A stretch of DNA of 52,183 nucleotides from Sphingomicrobium sp. (GTDB taxonomy: Bacteria > Pseudomonadota > Alphaproteobacteria > Sphingomonadales > Sphingomonadaceae). The stretch spans positions 1 to 52,183 of the forward strand of contig JBKKAQ010000065.1 in the NCBI GenBank assembly GCA_046714555.1. The letters are read 5' to 3'. Position numbers and translations under genes: made by a program. The notes below the pieces were generated by a model. The model made no database searches, had not been told where the DNA came from, and was given only the letters and a program-made list of their open reading frames with translations. Positions within the stretch are counted from its first letter, which is position 1, and each line of letters begins with the position of its first letter. Positions 36,808-47,639 of this stretch are shown here, piece after piece.

Positions 36808-37395
36808 TTATTCTCCTGCCCCTTCGCGCGCCATTCGCGGAGCGCGGTCGCCGCGATCCCCGCCCGAACGATCACCACCTGAACGCTCGCCGCCAAAGCG
36901 GTCGCCGCCTCCGCGATCCCCGCGATCCCCGCCCCCGCGATCTCCGAAGCCGCCTCCGCGATCGCCACGATCACCGCCGAAGCCGCCGCGATCCCCACGA
37001 TCGCCGCCAAAGCCACCGCCGCGATCGGGACGTCCGCCGCGGTCACCGCGGTCGCCGCGTTCGCGGTCGCGGTCGGACCGGCGCATCATCGCCGAAGGTC
37101 CTGCTTCATGCGCGTCGACACGGATCGTCATGTACCGGATGACGTCCTCGTTGATCCCGGTCTGGCGCTCCAATTCGGCGATCGCCGCGGGGGGCGAATC
37201 GACTTCGAGCATGACGTAATGCGCCTTGCGGTTCTTGGCCATTCGGTAAGCGAGGCCGCGCAGGCCCCAGGTTTCGGTCTTGACCACCGATCCGCCATTG
37301 TCGGTCAGGATCTTGGTGGCGTTTTCGGCAAGCGCGTCGACCTGGGCCTGGGCCAGATCCTGTCGCGCGAGGAAAACATGCTCGTAAAGCGGCAT
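36808..37395 (-). CDS. rpsF: 30S ribosomal protein S6 with long Gly/Arg/Asp-rich tail
   Basis: [27 protein letters not shown]. Confidence 0.97.
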   Translation of the reverse strand: MPLYEHVFLARQDLAQAQVDALAENATKILTDNGGSVVKTETWGLRGLAYRMAKNRKAHYVMLEVDSPPAAIAELERQTGINEDVIRYMTIRVDAHEAGPSAMMRRSDRDRERGDRGDRGGRPDRGGGFGGDRGDRGGFGGDRGDRGGGFGDRGGGDRGDRGGGDRFGGERSGGDRSGGDRGDRAPRMAREGAGE

Positions 37396-37461
37396 GAGTT
37401 TCTTATTCCTATTGGCCGATCGCTGACGCCGCACCATGCGAGCGCCCCTCCGGCTATCGTT
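37396..37461 (-). promoter_or_regulatory. Possible rpsF leader (S6:S18 autoregulatory element)
   Basis: Structured 5' UTR: GCCG near the 5' end can pair with CGGC just before the RBS. Mostly positional evidence. Confidence 0.35.
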
Positions 37462-37645
37462 CAAATGATCGCGCGGGCCAGGGCAGGCCAACCCCACGCG
37501 GGAGCGCCTATGAGCGAAAGGGGGGTGAAAGGCAAGTGGTGGGGGGTGATCGTGCACCGATGCGGGCGAACCGGGGGAAAGTCGATCGTCCCGCCAATTG
37601 CAGCAATCCCCGCAGCTCTGATCCGGTTTTGAACCCGACTTTCCG

Positions 37646-38371
37646 TCAAAACTCGAACTGAGCAAATAGCCGAAGGGACTTGTCCGGGCCTTCCCCCGCG
37701 AGGCGGGCCGAACCCACTACACCGACTTCAAGCTCGATGTTTTCGCTCAGCTCGAACTCGGTTGAGAACGACGGTCCAATGAACCGCCCACCGTCGAACT
37801 TTCCATCGCCTGACAGCTGGGCGATATCCCCCGAGACCTCGACTCCCAGCCACGCATTCGGCGCGACTGCGTGGCTCGCACTAACGATAAACGCGAGCGA
37901 CGCGGTGCCTGAACCCTCCGCCTCATGCTGCATCATCAGATTGCTTTGCAGCCACCAATCGGGTCCGATGAGTTGAGCCATGAGCCGGACTTTCGCTTCG
38001 CTATAATTGCCGTGGCTGTCGCTCCCCACCGAGGTCTTGATCGCCAGGTCCAGCTTACCATCGGGAGTCGGGTTCAGCCGAAACAAGGCCGACAGGGCCA
38101 GGCCGTCGATCGCAAGCCTCGATCCCCTGCGCTGACCTTCAAGCTCGATGCCGATCGAGAGGCGATCCGAAATGCCGTAACTGATCCCCAGCGAATGGTC
38201 GCTACCGAAGCCTCTTTCGTCCGGGCTGAGCAAAGCTTGATACTCCAGCTGGATGTCATGCCGGCCCGGCTCAAGCTGCTCTAGCTCCTGCGGCCCTTGA
38301 GCCGAAGCCGCGCTTCCGGCACAAAAAATCGCCGCGAAAAATGCCGGGCTCAGCGTTCGTCCCGACCTCAC
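37646..38371 (-). CDS. Putative outer-membrane beta-barrel protein
   Basis: Signal peptide, alternating amphipathic strands, C-terminal Phe (AQFEF); overlaps the upstream stop by 4 nt. Confidence 0.7.
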   Translation of the reverse strand: MRSGRTLSPAFFAAIFCAGSAASAQGPQELEQLEPGRHDIQLEYQALLSPDERGFGSDHSLGISYGISDRLSIGIELEGQRRGSRLAIDGLALSALFRLNPTPDGKLDLAIKTSVGSDSHGNYSEAKVRLMAQLIGPDWWLQSNLMMQHEAEGSGTASLAFIVSASHAVAPNAWLGVEVSGDIAQLSGDGKFDGGRFIGPSFSTEFELSENIELEVGVVGSARLAGEGPDKSLRLFAQFEF

Positions 38372-39993
38372 CTCCGCCCGATCGAGGCCCCGCGATGGCC
38401 CTCATATTCGCCTAACCGGGAGAGCAGGCCGAGGGTGTCCGCGGCGGATGTCGCCTTGCCGAACAGAAAGCCTTGCACATTATCGCATCGAAGTGTGTTC
38501 AAAGTCGACAGGTCGCTTGCGGTCTCGACCCCTTCGGCGGTCACTGGCATTCCGAGGCTTCGACCCATTCCGATGATCGCCTTGACCAGCTCGCCATCGC
38601 GCGAGGCGGCCATGTCCTGAACGAACGAACGGTCGATCTTTATCGAATCGAACTTCAAGTCGCGCAAATGCGAAAGGCTGGAATAACCGGTGCCGAAATC
38701 GTCGAGTGCGACCTTTATTCCCGAATTCTTGAGCGCCGCGATTATTGTCCGGCATGCCTCCATATCTTGCACGATCCCGCTTTCGGTCAATTCGACAATC
38801 AGCCGGCCCGGTGCAAACCCGCACTCGGTGAGGACTTTCAAAAGGCGTTGCGGAAGCCAGGCGTCAAGAAGCTGCACCGGAGAGACATTTATCGACAGGG
38901 TCAGTCGAGTTGGCCAGTCGCGTGCGTCGCGGCAGGCGCGGCGAAGCAGGTCGAAGCACAATTCGTTGATCAGCCGGGAATCCTCTGCGATCGGAATGAA
39001 AATGTCCGGCATCAGAAGACCGCGCGTCGGGTGGTTCCAGCGCGCAAGCGCTTCGAAGCCGACCAGCATATTGTCGGGCAACGACATGATTGGCTGATAA
39101 TAGGGCACCACCTCGTTCCGCTGTAATCCGCTGCGGAGTTCGGTCTCGAGCTGAGCTTGCATCTGAAGCTCAGCGTCCATTGCTCCCGAAAAGGATCGGA
39201 AAGTGGCCCGGCCGTCACGCTTTGCCCGGTACATCGCCACATCCGCCATGCGCAGCATCTCTTCCACCGGAAGCGGTAGACCTTCACACGTCGCGATTCC
39301 TACCGATGCTCCGATTTCGACTTTTCGGCTGTCCGCAACCTTGTTGGCGTGCACGAGTTCAATTGGCGCTCGCGCGAGATGAACGATTTGATTGGCAAGC
39401 CGCACGGGGGCGTCGGTGCCGGCGTCATATTCAAGCACCCAGGCGAACTCGTCGCCGCCGAGTCGGGCCAGCATGGACCCGCCGGTCACTACCGCAAGCC
39501 GCTCGAGCCGGCTGGCTATCTCAGTGAGTACGATGTCGCCAGCGGCATGCCCGTGGACGTCGTTGACCGGCTTGAAGCGATCGAGATCGATCAGCAATAC
39601 CGCCACGGCCCTGTCATTGTCGTAGGCACGTTTTCGCGCTTGACCGAACCGTTCGAGTAACAGCCGTCGGTTCGGAAGGCCGGTCAAAGGATCATGGCGT
39701 GCAAGCGTGCTTGCAACCTCCTCCGAAGCTTCCCGACTCTTGATTTCTATTTTGAGCCGGCGCCCGCGCAAATAAGAATGAACTATCAAGGAGAATGACG
39801 AAATCATAAGTACAGAGAAAATCTCGTCTACTTCCCAATCCTCATGATCCGCAGCAATTTCGGAGAGATATTCAAATATCTCGTATTGTACAGCGAGAAT
39901 CATTGTAAGTATCGATAATACAAATACCACCGCTGTGTCGGTAGGAACATTTGAATATGAGTCAGTATGACTTGGATAGCGGGAGTCGGTCAT
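38368..39993 (-). CDS. Membrane-anchored GGDEF-EAL diguanylate cyclase/phosphodiesterase
   Basis: Two TM helices, HDPLTGLPNR, RLGGDEF, FEALARW, DDFGTGYSSL. Confidence 0.95.
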   Translation of the reverse strand: MTDSRYPSHTDSYSNVPTDTAVVFVLSILTMILAVQYEIFEYLSEIAADHEDWEVDEIFSVLMISSFSLIVHSYLRGRRLKIEIKSREASEEVASTLARHDPLTGLPNRRLLLERFGQARKRAYDNDRAVAVLLIDLDRFKPVNDVHGHAAGDIVLTEIASRLERLAVVTGGSMLARLGGDEFAWVLEYDAGTDAPVRLANQIVHLARAPIELVHANKVADSRKVEIGASVGIATCEGLPLPVEEMLRMADVAMYRAKRDGRATFRSFSGAMDAELQMQAQLETELRSGLQRNEVVPYYQPIMSLPDNMLVGFEALARWNHPTRGLLMPDIFIPIAEDSRLINELCFDLLRRACRDARDWPTRLTLSINVSPVQLLDAWLPQRLLKVLTECGFAPGRLIVELTESGIVQDMEACRTIIAALKNSGIKVALDDFGTGYSSLSHLRDLKFDSIKIDRSFVQDMAASRDGELVKAIIGMGRSLGMPVTAEGVETASDLSTLNTLRCDNVQGFLFGKATSAADTLGLLSRLGEYEGHRGASIGRR

Positions 39994-40069
39994 AGGATCT
40001 ATGGATTACTATAATAAGTTTAACGAGAGTCTGCGGTATGATCCGCAATGAACAGATTTTCGATCATCC

Positions 40070-40476
40070 TGAAATCTAGCGAAATACCTCGCGCCGATAT
40101 GGGGACGTTGCGGCGCGGCTTGGAGGGTGGCTCTGTTATCTCGGCGAAAGCATGCTCGTCATTCGCGGCGACGACGGGGCGGGTGCGCGCCTTCGCCAAC
40201 CTCAGCCGCCACAGCGGATCGCGGCTGGTCGACGGGCAAGCGGACTGCGCGAGGCTCCTCGTCTGCCCTAATCACGCGTGGAGCTATGCCCTCGACGGAC
40301 GGCTGATCGGCATACCACATCGCGAGCAATATCAAGCACTTGACCAGGACGCACTGAGGCTGGTCCGCAGCGGCCTCGAGCAATGGCGCGGCTTCTGGTT
40401 CATCACTTTGGAAACCGGCGCACCGTCCGTCGCCGCGCGGCGAGCTTCGTGCGCTGATGCCCGAGGCAACCCTTGA
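40070..40476 (+). pseudogene. Decayed Rieske domain of a ring-hydroxylating oxygenase alpha subunit
   Basis: LGESMLVIRGDDG in one frame, then VRAFANLSRHSG (first Cys lost) and CPNHAWSY in another; catalytic domain absent. Confidence 0.75.
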
Positions 40477-40534
40477 ATCTTCGCCGTGAGAGCAATAGGC
40501 GCCGCGACTTCACAGTGAAGGAAGAAGGCGGCCG

Positions 40535-41473
40535 ATGCGCGCATTTCTATTTCCAGGACAAGGCAGCCAGTCGGTCGGGATGGGTGCAGCGCTTGCCCAA
40601 GCGAGCCGTTCGGCGCGCGATATCTTCGAGGAGGTCGACGAGGCCCTGAACCAGCAATTGTCACGGCTGATGCGTGAGGGACCGGAGGATGAGCTCCGGC
40701 TGACCGAAAATGCGCAGCCGGCGATCTTTGCCAATGCGCTCGCCGTGTTTACCGCGCTAACCCGCGACGGCGGGATCGCGCTCGCCGAGGCGGCGGACTT
40801 CGTCGCCGGGCACAGTCTCGGCGAATATTCGGCATTGTGCGCCGCTGGAACGTTCGATGTCGCGACCGCCGCGCGATTGCTCAAGCTTCGCGGGCAGGCG
40901 ATGCAGTCGGCGGTTCCGGTCGGGATCGGGGCGATGGCGGCTTTGCTCGGCGCCGACGTCGAACTCGCCCAGCGCATCGCCGAGGCTGCAGCCGAAGGCG
41001 AAGTGTGCACCGTCGCCAACGATAATGACCCGGGGCAGGTCGTTATCTCTGGACATACGGACGCGATCGAGCGCGCGATCGCAATGGCCAAGGACATGGG
41101 CGCCAGACGCGCGGTGCTGCTTCCGGTATCGGCACCATTCCATTGCCCGCTGATGGTACCCGCGGCGCAAGCGATGGAAAAGGCCTTTGGCGAAACGCGC
41201 TTTTGCGCCCCGCTGGTGCCGCTCTATGCCAACGTCTCCGCGGCCCCGGAGATCGATCCCGAGGTCATCCGCGGACTGCTGGTCGAGCAGGTTACGGCTA
41301 TGGTCCGCTGGCGCGAAAGCGTGGCTGCGATGGCTGCGGGTGGTGTGGAGGAATTCGTCGAGCTTGGAGGCAAGGTGCTCGGGCCGATGGTCAAACGAAC
41401 CGCTCCCGGCGCCACAGTGACGAGCGTAGTGACGATCGACGAGATCGAATCGCTTGCGAAGGAGATCGCATGA
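40535..41473 (+). CDS. fabD: Malonyl-CoA:ACP transacylase
   Basis: FPGQGSQ, GHSLGEY, VSAPFH. Confidence 0.96.
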   Translation: MRAFLFPGQGSQSVGMGAALAQASRSARDIFEEVDEALNQQLSRLMREGPEDELRLTENAQPAIFANALAVFTALTRDGGIALAEAADFVAGHSLGEYSALCAAGTFDVATAARLLKLRGQAMQSAVPVGIGAMAALLGADVELAQRIAEAAAEGEVCTVANDNDPGQVVISGHTDAIERAIAMAKDMGARRAVLLPVSAPFHCPLMVPAAQAMEKAFGETRFCAPLVPLYANVSAAPEIDPEVIRGLLVEQVTAMVRWRESVAAMAAGGVEEFVELGGKVLGPMVKRTAPGATVTSVVTIDEIESLAKEIA

Positions 41474-42213
41474 TGTTCGACCTTTCGGGAATGACCGCCT
41501 TGGTCACCGGTGCTTCGGGCGGGCTCGGTTCCGCGATCGCCCGGGCGCTCGCTGGGCAGGGCGCTCGGCTTGCGGTTTCGGGGAGCAATTCGGACAAACT
41601 CGAAGCGTTTCGCGGTGAGCTTGGTGGGGACCATGTCGCGTTTGCCTGCAATCTGTCCGACGGACGCTCGGTTGATGCGCTGGTCCCGCGCGCGGTCGAC
41701 GCGCTTGGTGGTAAGCTGGACATTCTCGTCAACAACGCCGGGGTGACTCGCGACAATTTGGCGATGCGAATGAAGGACGAAGAGTGGGACATGGTCATTC
41801 GGGTCAACCTCGAGGCCGCTTTCCGGCTGGTTCGGGCGGTGATGAAACCGATGATGCGTGCTCGCTATGGACGGATCATTTCGGTCACCTCAGTGGTCGC
41901 GGCAACCGGCAATCCGGGGCAGGCCAATTATGTCGCGTCGAAGGCCGGTCTTACTGGAATGTCGAAGGCGATGGCGCAGGAAGTCGCAAGTCGCGGAATC
42001 ACGGTCAATTGTGTCGCGCCGGGATTCATGATCTCGGTAATGACCGACGCGCTGACTGACTCGCAGAAGGACGTGATTTTGGCCAAGATCCCAATGGGTA
42101 TCATGGGCAACGGCGAGGACATTGGCGCTGCGGTGGCTTATCTTGCGAGCCGCGAGGCAGGCTATATCACAGGACAGACGCTTCACATCAACGGCGGAAT
42201 GGCGATGGTCTGA
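41470..42213 (+). CDS. fabG: 3-oxoacyl-ACP reductase
   Basis: TGASGGLG, NNAGVTRD, YVASK, GQTLHINGG. Confidence 0.96.
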   Translation: MMFDLSGMTALVTGASGGLGSAIARALAGQGARLAVSGSNSDKLEAFRGELGGDHVAFACNLSDGRSVDALVPRAVDALGGKLDILVNNAGVTRDNLAMRMKDEEWDMVIRVNLEAAFRLVRAVMKPMMRARYGRIISVTSVVAATGNPGQANYVASKAGLTGMSKAMAQEVASRGITVNCVAPGFMISVMTDALTDSQKDVILAKIPMGIMGNGEDIGAAVAYLASREAGYITGQTLHINGGMAMV

Positions 42214-42262
42214 TAGATTCATCCTGTCCGGAAACACGGTCCTTTTGAGTCTGCCCTATTCC

Positions 42263-42290
42263 CTTGTCGCTTGGGCAAGGCCCCCTATAT
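42263..42290 (+). promoter_or_regulatory. RpoH (sigma32) promoter of dnaK
   Basis: CTTG-N17-CCTATAT, matching the alphaproteobacterial RpoH pattern. Confidence 0.7.
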
Positions 42291-42361
42291 CGCCTCCGAA
42301 ACATCAACATCGAGCGTACTGCGGCGCGCCCGAATGCATATGACGTAAAGGGATTGAAACT

Positions 42362-44290
42362 ATGGCTAAAGTGATCGGGATCGACCTGGGCACCACCAAC
42401 AGCTGTGTTGCGGTGATGGAGGGCGGCAAGCCAAAGGTCATCGAAAATTCGGAAGGCGCGCGGACCACGCCCTCGGTGGTCGCGTTCACCAAGGACGGCG
42501 AGCGGCTCATCGGCCAGCCGGCCAAGCGCCAAGCCGTGACTAACCCCGACAATACGATCTTCGCGGTTAAAAGGCTGATCGGACGCCGCTTCGACGATCC
42601 CATTACCAAGAAGGACACCGAACTGGTGCCCTACAAGATTGTCAAAGGTCCCAACGGAGATGCGTGGGTCGGCGCGGGCGGCAAGGAATATTCGCCGTCG
42701 CAGGTCAGTGCCTTCACCCTCCAGAAGATGAAGGAGACCGCCGAGGCCTATCTCGGCGAAACGGTCACCCAGGCGGTGATCACCGTCCCTGCTTATTTCA
42801 ATGACGCCCAGCGCCAGGCAACCAAGGATGCCGGCCAGATCGCGGGCCTCGAAGTGCTTCGGATCATCAACGAGCCGACCGCCGCCGCGCTCGCTTATGG
42901 GCTTGAGAAGCAGGACGGCAAGACGATCGCGGTTTATGATCTGGGCGGCGGGACGTTCGACGTCTCGATACTCGAGATCGGCGATGGCGTTTTCGAGGTC
43001 AAATCGACCAACGGTGACACCTTCCTTGGCGGTGAGGATTTCGATGCCAAGATTGTCCAATTCCTCGCCGACAAGTTTAAGGCGAAGGAAGGCATTGACC
43101 TTCGCTCCGACCGGCTTGCGCTCCAGCGGTTGAAGGAAGCTGCCGAAAAAGCCAAGATCGAGCTGTCGTCCGCGCAGTCGACCGAGATCAACCAGCCATT
43201 TATTACCGCACGGATGGAGGGCGGAGCGACCACCCCGCTTCATCTTGTCGAGACGATCACTCGCGCCGACCTAGAGAAGCTCGTTGCCGAGCTGATCAAC
43301 CGGACGCTCGGTCCGTGCAAGAAGGCGCTCGAGGACGCGGGTGTCAAAGCTGCGGACATCAGCGAGGTCGTGCTGGTCGGCGGAATGACCCGGATGCCGC
43401 GGGTGCGCGAGGTGGTGAAGGACTTCTTCGGCAAGGAGCCACACACCGGCGTCAATCCCGACGAAGTCGTCGCGATGGGCGCCGCGATCCAGGCGGGCGT
43501 TCTTCAGGGCGACGTCAAGGACGTACTGCTGCTCGACGTGACGCCGCTGAGCTTGGGGATTGAAACATTGGGTGGTGTTTTCACCAGGATGATCGACCGC
43601 AACACCACCATTCCGACCAAGAAGAGCCAGGTGTTCTCGACCGCCGACGACAATCAGAACGCGGTTACGATCCGGGTCTTTCAGGGCGAGCGCGAAATGG
43701 CTGCCGACAATAAGGTGCTCGGCCAGTTCGATCTGATCGGAATTCCCCCCGCGCCGCGCGGAGTGCCGCAGATCGAAGTGACGTTCGACATCGACGCCAA
43801 CGGGATTGTCAACGTCCATGCCAAGGACAAGGGTACCGGCAAGGAGCAGCAGATCAGAATCCAGGCGTCCGGCGGACTGACCGATTCCGACATCGAGAAA
43901 ATGGTTAGCGAGGCCGAACAGTTTGCCGAAGAGGATAAGAAACGCCGCGCCGGGGCCGAGGCGAAGAATCAAGCCGAGAGCCTGATTCATTCGACCGAGC
44001 GCCAGCTTGCCGAGCACGGCGACAAGGTTTCGGCCGAGATCAAGACTGAAATCGAAACCGCGCTTGCCGAGGCCAAGACCGCAGTCGAAGGCGGCGAGCC
44101 AGATGCAATGACCACCAAGGCCGAGGCGCTCGCAACCGCGGCGATGAAGCTTGGCCAGGCCATCTATGAGCAGCAGCAGGCCTCGCGTTCGGCCGAGGAT
44201 GGTGAAACAGGCGAGGCTGACACGGCCACCGCCGAAGAGGAAGTGGTCGACGCGGAGTTTTCCGAGGTCGACGATGAACCCAAGGCCTAA
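42362..44290 (+). CDS. dnaK: Chaperone DnaK
   Basis: [31 protein letters not shown]. Confidence 0.99.
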   Translation: MAKVIGIDLGTTNSCVAVMEGGKPKVIENSEGARTTPSVVAFTKDGERLIGQPAKRQAVTNPDNTIFAVKRLIGRRFDDPITKKDTELVPYKIVKGPNGDAWVGAGGKEYSPSQVSAFTLQKMKETAEAYLGETVTQAVITVPAYFNDAQRQATKDAGQIAGLEVLRIINEPTAAALAYGLEKQDGKTIAVYDLGGGTFDVSILEIGDGVFEVKSTNGDTFLGGEDFDAKIVQFLADKFKAKEGIDLRSDRLALQRLKEAAEKAKIELSSAQSTEINQPFITARMEGGATTPLHLVETITRADLEKLVAELINRTLGPCKKALEDAGVKAADISEVVLVGGMTRMPRVREVVKDFFGKEPHTGVNPDEVVAMGAAIQAGVLQGDVKDVLLLDVTPLSLGIETLGGVFTRMIDRNTTIPTKKSQVFSTADDNQNAVTIRVFQGEREMAADNKVLGQFDLIGIPPAPRGVPQIEVTFDIDANGIVNVHAKDKGTGKEQQIRIQASGGLTDSDIEKMVSEAEQFAEEDKKRRAGAEAKNQAESLIHSTERQLAEHGDKVSAEIKTEIETALAEAKTAVEGGEPDAMTTKAEALATAAMKLGQAIYEQQQASRSAEDGETGEADTATAEEEVVDAEFSEVDDEPKA

Positions 44291-44300
44291 TCACTCATCG

Positions 44301-44335
44301 CGCGCCACCCCGGCCATTTGCCGGGATGACGGCGT
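44301..44335. repeat. Intergenic hairpin between dnaK and dnaJ, REP-like
   Basis: CACCCCGGC-CATTT-GCCGGGATG inverted repeat. Confidence 0.45.
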
Positions 44336-44348
44336 GGGGCACTAAGCA

Positions 44349-45473
44349 ATGTCTGAAACCGATTATTATTCCATGCTGGGCGTCGATCGCCGGGCGGACG
44401 AACGCTCGATCAAGGCGGCGTACCGTAAACTCGCCATGGAATGTCATCCCGACCGTAATGGCGGCTGCACCAATTCCGAAGCCAGGTTTAAATCGATCAG
44501 CGAGGCCTATGACGTCCTCAAGGATCCGCAAAAACGAGCGGCCTATGACCGGTTTGGCAAGGCGGCGTTTCAGAATGGCGGAGGCGGGGGCAGTCCGTTC
44601 GGCGGCGGAGGGCAGGGGTTCGGTGCCTTTTCCGATATCTTCGAGAATATTTTCGGTGAATTCATGGATCCGCGCGGGCAGCGCGCCAATGCCGCGCGCG
44701 GGGCGGACCTCCGCTTCGATCTCGAATTGACGCTCGAACAGGCCTTTGCGGTCTCCGATCAGACGATCACGATTGAAGCTTTGGCCAGATGCGAACCGTG
44801 CGAAGGGGGCGGGTCCAAAAGTGATTCGCGGCCCGCGGCCTGCTCGACGTGTGGGGGCGCGGGCAAGGTCCGTGCCCAGCAGGGTTTCTTCGTGGTCGAG
44901 CGCGGCTGCCCTTCATGCCAAGGAAGTGGGGAGACGATTGCCGATCCGTGCACCGCTTGCGATGGCGAGGGCCGCGCCCTCAAGCGCCGGAGTCTCTCGG
45001 TCAAGGTCCCCGCCGGGGTCGACGAAGGCACGCGAATCCGAGTCTCGGGCGAGGGGGAGGCGGGAATCCGCAACGCCGCGGCGGGCGATCTGTATATCTT
45101 CGTGCACATGAAGCGCCATTCGATCTTCGCTCGCGAAGGAACGACCTTGGTTGCCGAATGCCCGGTAAGCTTCACTACCGCTGCGCTCGGCGGAACTGTT
45201 GCGCTTCCCGGGCTTGACGGGTCGAAGATCGACATCAAGATCCCTGCCGGAATTCAATCAGGCGAGCAATTGCGCCAGCGCGGCGCGGGAATGAGCATAA
45301 TCAACGGGCGCGGGCGCGGCGACCTCGTCACGAGAATCCTGGTCGAAACCCCGACGAGGATGAGCGCCAAACAGAAGAAGATGCTCGAGGAATTTCGAGC
45401 AACCGAAACTGGCGAAGAATGTCCGGCGAGCCGAAGCTTCTTCAAGCGCCTGAAGGCGATACTCGACAGTTAG
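44349..45473 (+). CDS. dnaJ: Chaperone DnaJ
   Basis: HPD motif, G/F-rich region, four CxxCxGxG repeats. Confidence 0.98.
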   Translation: MSETDYYSMLGVDRRADERSIKAAYRKLAMECHPDRNGGCTNSEARFKSISEAYDVLKDPQKRAAYDRFGKAAFQNGGGGGSPFGGGGQGFGAFSDIFENIFGEFMDPRGQRANAARGADLRFDLELTLEQAFAVSDQTITIEALARCEPCEGGGSKSDSRPAACSTCGGAGKVRAQQGFFVVERGCPSCQGSGETIADPCTACDGEGRALKRRSLSVKVPAGVDEGTRIRVSGEGEAGIRNAAAGDLYIFVHMKRHSIFAREGTTLVAECPVSFTTAALGGTVALPGLDGSKIDIKIPAGIQSGEQLRQRGAGMSIINGRGRGDLVTRILVETPTRMSAKQKKMLEEFRATETGEECPASRSFFKRLKAILDS

Positions 45474-46798
45474 GCGGGTTCCGCCCCGAACACGCGTTCA
45501 AAGATCAGGTCGATTTGGGAAAAGTGATAGTCTAAGTCGAAATTGGCCTCGAGCTCGGCTTCGCCGAGATGAGCGGTGACTTCGGGATCGGCTTTCAACA
45601 GGTCGATCAGCGACAGTGCACCGTCAGATTCCCACACCTTCATCGCGTTGCGCTGGACCAAGGCGTAAGATTCCTCGCGGCTAATGCCTGCCTGCGTCAA
45701 CGCGAGCAGCACCCGCTGCGAATGGACCAATCCGCCCATTCGGTCGAGGTTCTTCATCATCCGTTCGGGGTAGACCAGCAATTTGTCGATCACCTCGGTC
45801 AAACGCGCGAGCGCGAAATCGAGCGTGATCGTCGCGTCGGGACCGATGAACCGTTCCACCGACGAATGGCTGATATCGCGCTCGTGCCACAAGGCGACAT
45901 TCTCCATCGCCGGGACGACCGCGCTTCTCACCATTCGTGCAAGCCCCGTGAGATTTTCGCTCAGCACCGGGTTGCGCTTGTGCGGCATCGCCGACGAGCC
46001 CTTCTGCCCCGGCGAGAAATATTCCTCAGCCTCGAGCACCTCGGTGCGCTGGAGATGACGGACCTCGACCGCCAGTCGCTCGATCGATGACGCGATCACC
46101 CCGAGCGTTGCGAAAAACATGGCGTGGCGGTCGCGGGGGATGATCTGAGTCGAGGCTGGCTCGATTGCGAGGTTGAGCTCGGCCGCGACATGGGCTTCGA
46201 CATAAGGATCGATGTTGGCGAAAGTTCCGACCGCGCCCGAAATCGCGCAGGTGGCTATGTCGCCGCGCGCGGCGACCAGCCGTGCGCGGTTGCGCTCGAA
46301 TTCGGCATGGGCCTGGGCGAGCTTGAGCCCGAAAGTCACTGGCTCCGCATGGATTCCATGGCTTCGCCCGATTGTCGGGGTCAGCTTATGCTCAATTGCG
46401 CGCCGCTTGAGCACGATGAGCAGCGCATCGAGATCCTCGATCAGCATGTCCGCGGCCTGCTTGAGCTGGACACTGAGCGAAGTGTCGAGCACGTCCGAGC
46501 TGGTCATTCCTTGATGCAGATAGCGCGATTCGTCGCCCATCTTGCTTCCCGCCCAGGTCAGGAAGGCAATCACATCATGTTTGGTCACGGCTTCGATCGC
46601 GTCGATGGCGTTCACGTCGATCTCAACGAGAATGTCTGAATCATATGCCGCTCGGATCGCCGCGGCGGCCTCAGCGGGGATCATCCCGATGCGCCCCATC
46701 GCCTCGGCTGCAAAGACCTCGATCGCGAACCAGATTCGGTAGCGATTCTCGGCCGACCAGATCGCGGCCATTGCCGGGCGGGAGTAGCGGGGGACCAT
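45470..46798 (-). CDS. purB: Adenylosuccinate lyase
   Basis: MVPRYSR, KHDV, GRSHGIHAEP, GSSAMPHKRNP. Confidence 0.97.
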   Translation of the reverse strand: MVPRYSRPAMAAIWSAENRYRIWFAIEVFAAEAMGRIGMIPAEAAAAIRAAYDSDILVEIDVNAIDAIEAVTKHDVIAFLTWAGSKMGDESRYLHQGMTSSDVLDTSLSVQLKQAADMLIEDLDALLIVLKRRAIEHKLTPTIGRSHGIHAEPVTFGLKLAQAHAEFERNRARLVAARGDIATCAISGAVGTFANIDPYVEAHVAAELNLAIEPASTQIIPRDRHAMFFATLGVIASSIERLAVEVRHLQRTEVLEAEEYFSPGQKGSSAMPHKRNPVLSENLTGLARMVRSAVVPAMENVALWHERDISHSSVERFIGPDATITLDFALARLTEVIDKLLVYPERMMKNLDRMGGLVHSQRVLLALTQAGISREESYALVQRNAMKVWESDGALSLIDLLKADPEVTAHLGEAELEANFDLDYHFSQIDLIFERVFGAEPA

Positions 46799-46865
46799 GC
46801 GGGACTTTCGTTCGAGGACTGAGCGCCGGTTACCAAAACCGCCCCCGGCCTTCAATCGGCCCACA

Positions 46866-47546
46866 TCAGATGAGGCCAAGTCCCTTCATGCTGGTGCGCC
46901 CGGTCGCTCCGACGATGACATGGGCGTGGACCGCGATCTTCATGTGGCGCCCAGCCTCGATCAAGTCGCGGGTCAGGCGAATATCCTGCTGGCTCGGCGA
47001 GGGATCGCCGCTAGGATGGTTGTGGACGAGGATGATTGCCGTTGCGCCGAGCGCGATCGCCCGGCTGATCACTTCGCGGACGTGGACCGAAGCCTCGTCG
47101 ACCGAACCGCGCCACAGCGCTTCATTGGCGATCAAAATGTTTTTCGCGTTGAGGAACAGGACCCGTACTTCCTCTATCGGGCTGTGCGCCATCGCCGCGG
47201 TCAGATAATCCCCAAGCGCATCCCAGCTCGACAGGATAGGACGCCCCTCCATCCGGGTCTCCAGGAGACGAAGCGCGCTCGCCTGAGCGATCTTGATCGC
47301 CGCGACCGAGCCATCGCTCAATCCGGCGGCGGCGAGCGCCTTGGGTTCGGCCGAGAGGAGCGGGCCAAGACCCCCAAATTCGGCCAGCAGCCGTTTCGCG
47401 GTCGGCTTGGTGTCGCGCCGCGGGACTGCGAGCGCGAGCAGATATTCGACCAGTTCATGATCGAGCAAAGCCTTGCCGCCGCCGTCCAGCAGGCGCTGGC
47501 GTAGCCGGGCGCGGTGGCCGCTGCCGTCGGTCGGTGGACTTCCCAT
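46866..47546 (-). CDS. radC: RadC family (JAB domain) protein
   Basis: GHRARLR, HNHPSGDPSPSQQD. Confidence 0.94.
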   Translation of the reverse strand: MGSPPTDGSGHRARLRQRLLDGGGKALLDHELVEYLLALAVPRRDTKPTAKRLLAEFGGLGPLLSAEPKALAAAGLSDGSVAAIKIAQASALRLLETRMEGRPILSSWDALGDYLTAAMAHSPIEEVRVLFLNAKNILIANEALWRGSVDEASVHVREVISRAIALGATAIILVHNHPSGDPSPSQQDIRLTRDLIEAGRHMKIAVHAHVIVGATGRTSMKGLGLI

Positions 47547-47639
47547 TGGCGGCGCACGCTAGGTATAAGGCGACGATCAGGCAATGTGGCATTGTGCCGG
47601 AAACGGAACGGTGACGCCCGCGCGGGGTTTACTGGGACA

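Noticed and set aside
46866-47546. radC as a mobile-element marker
   Set aside because: Full-length chromosomal type next to purB, with no mobility genes.
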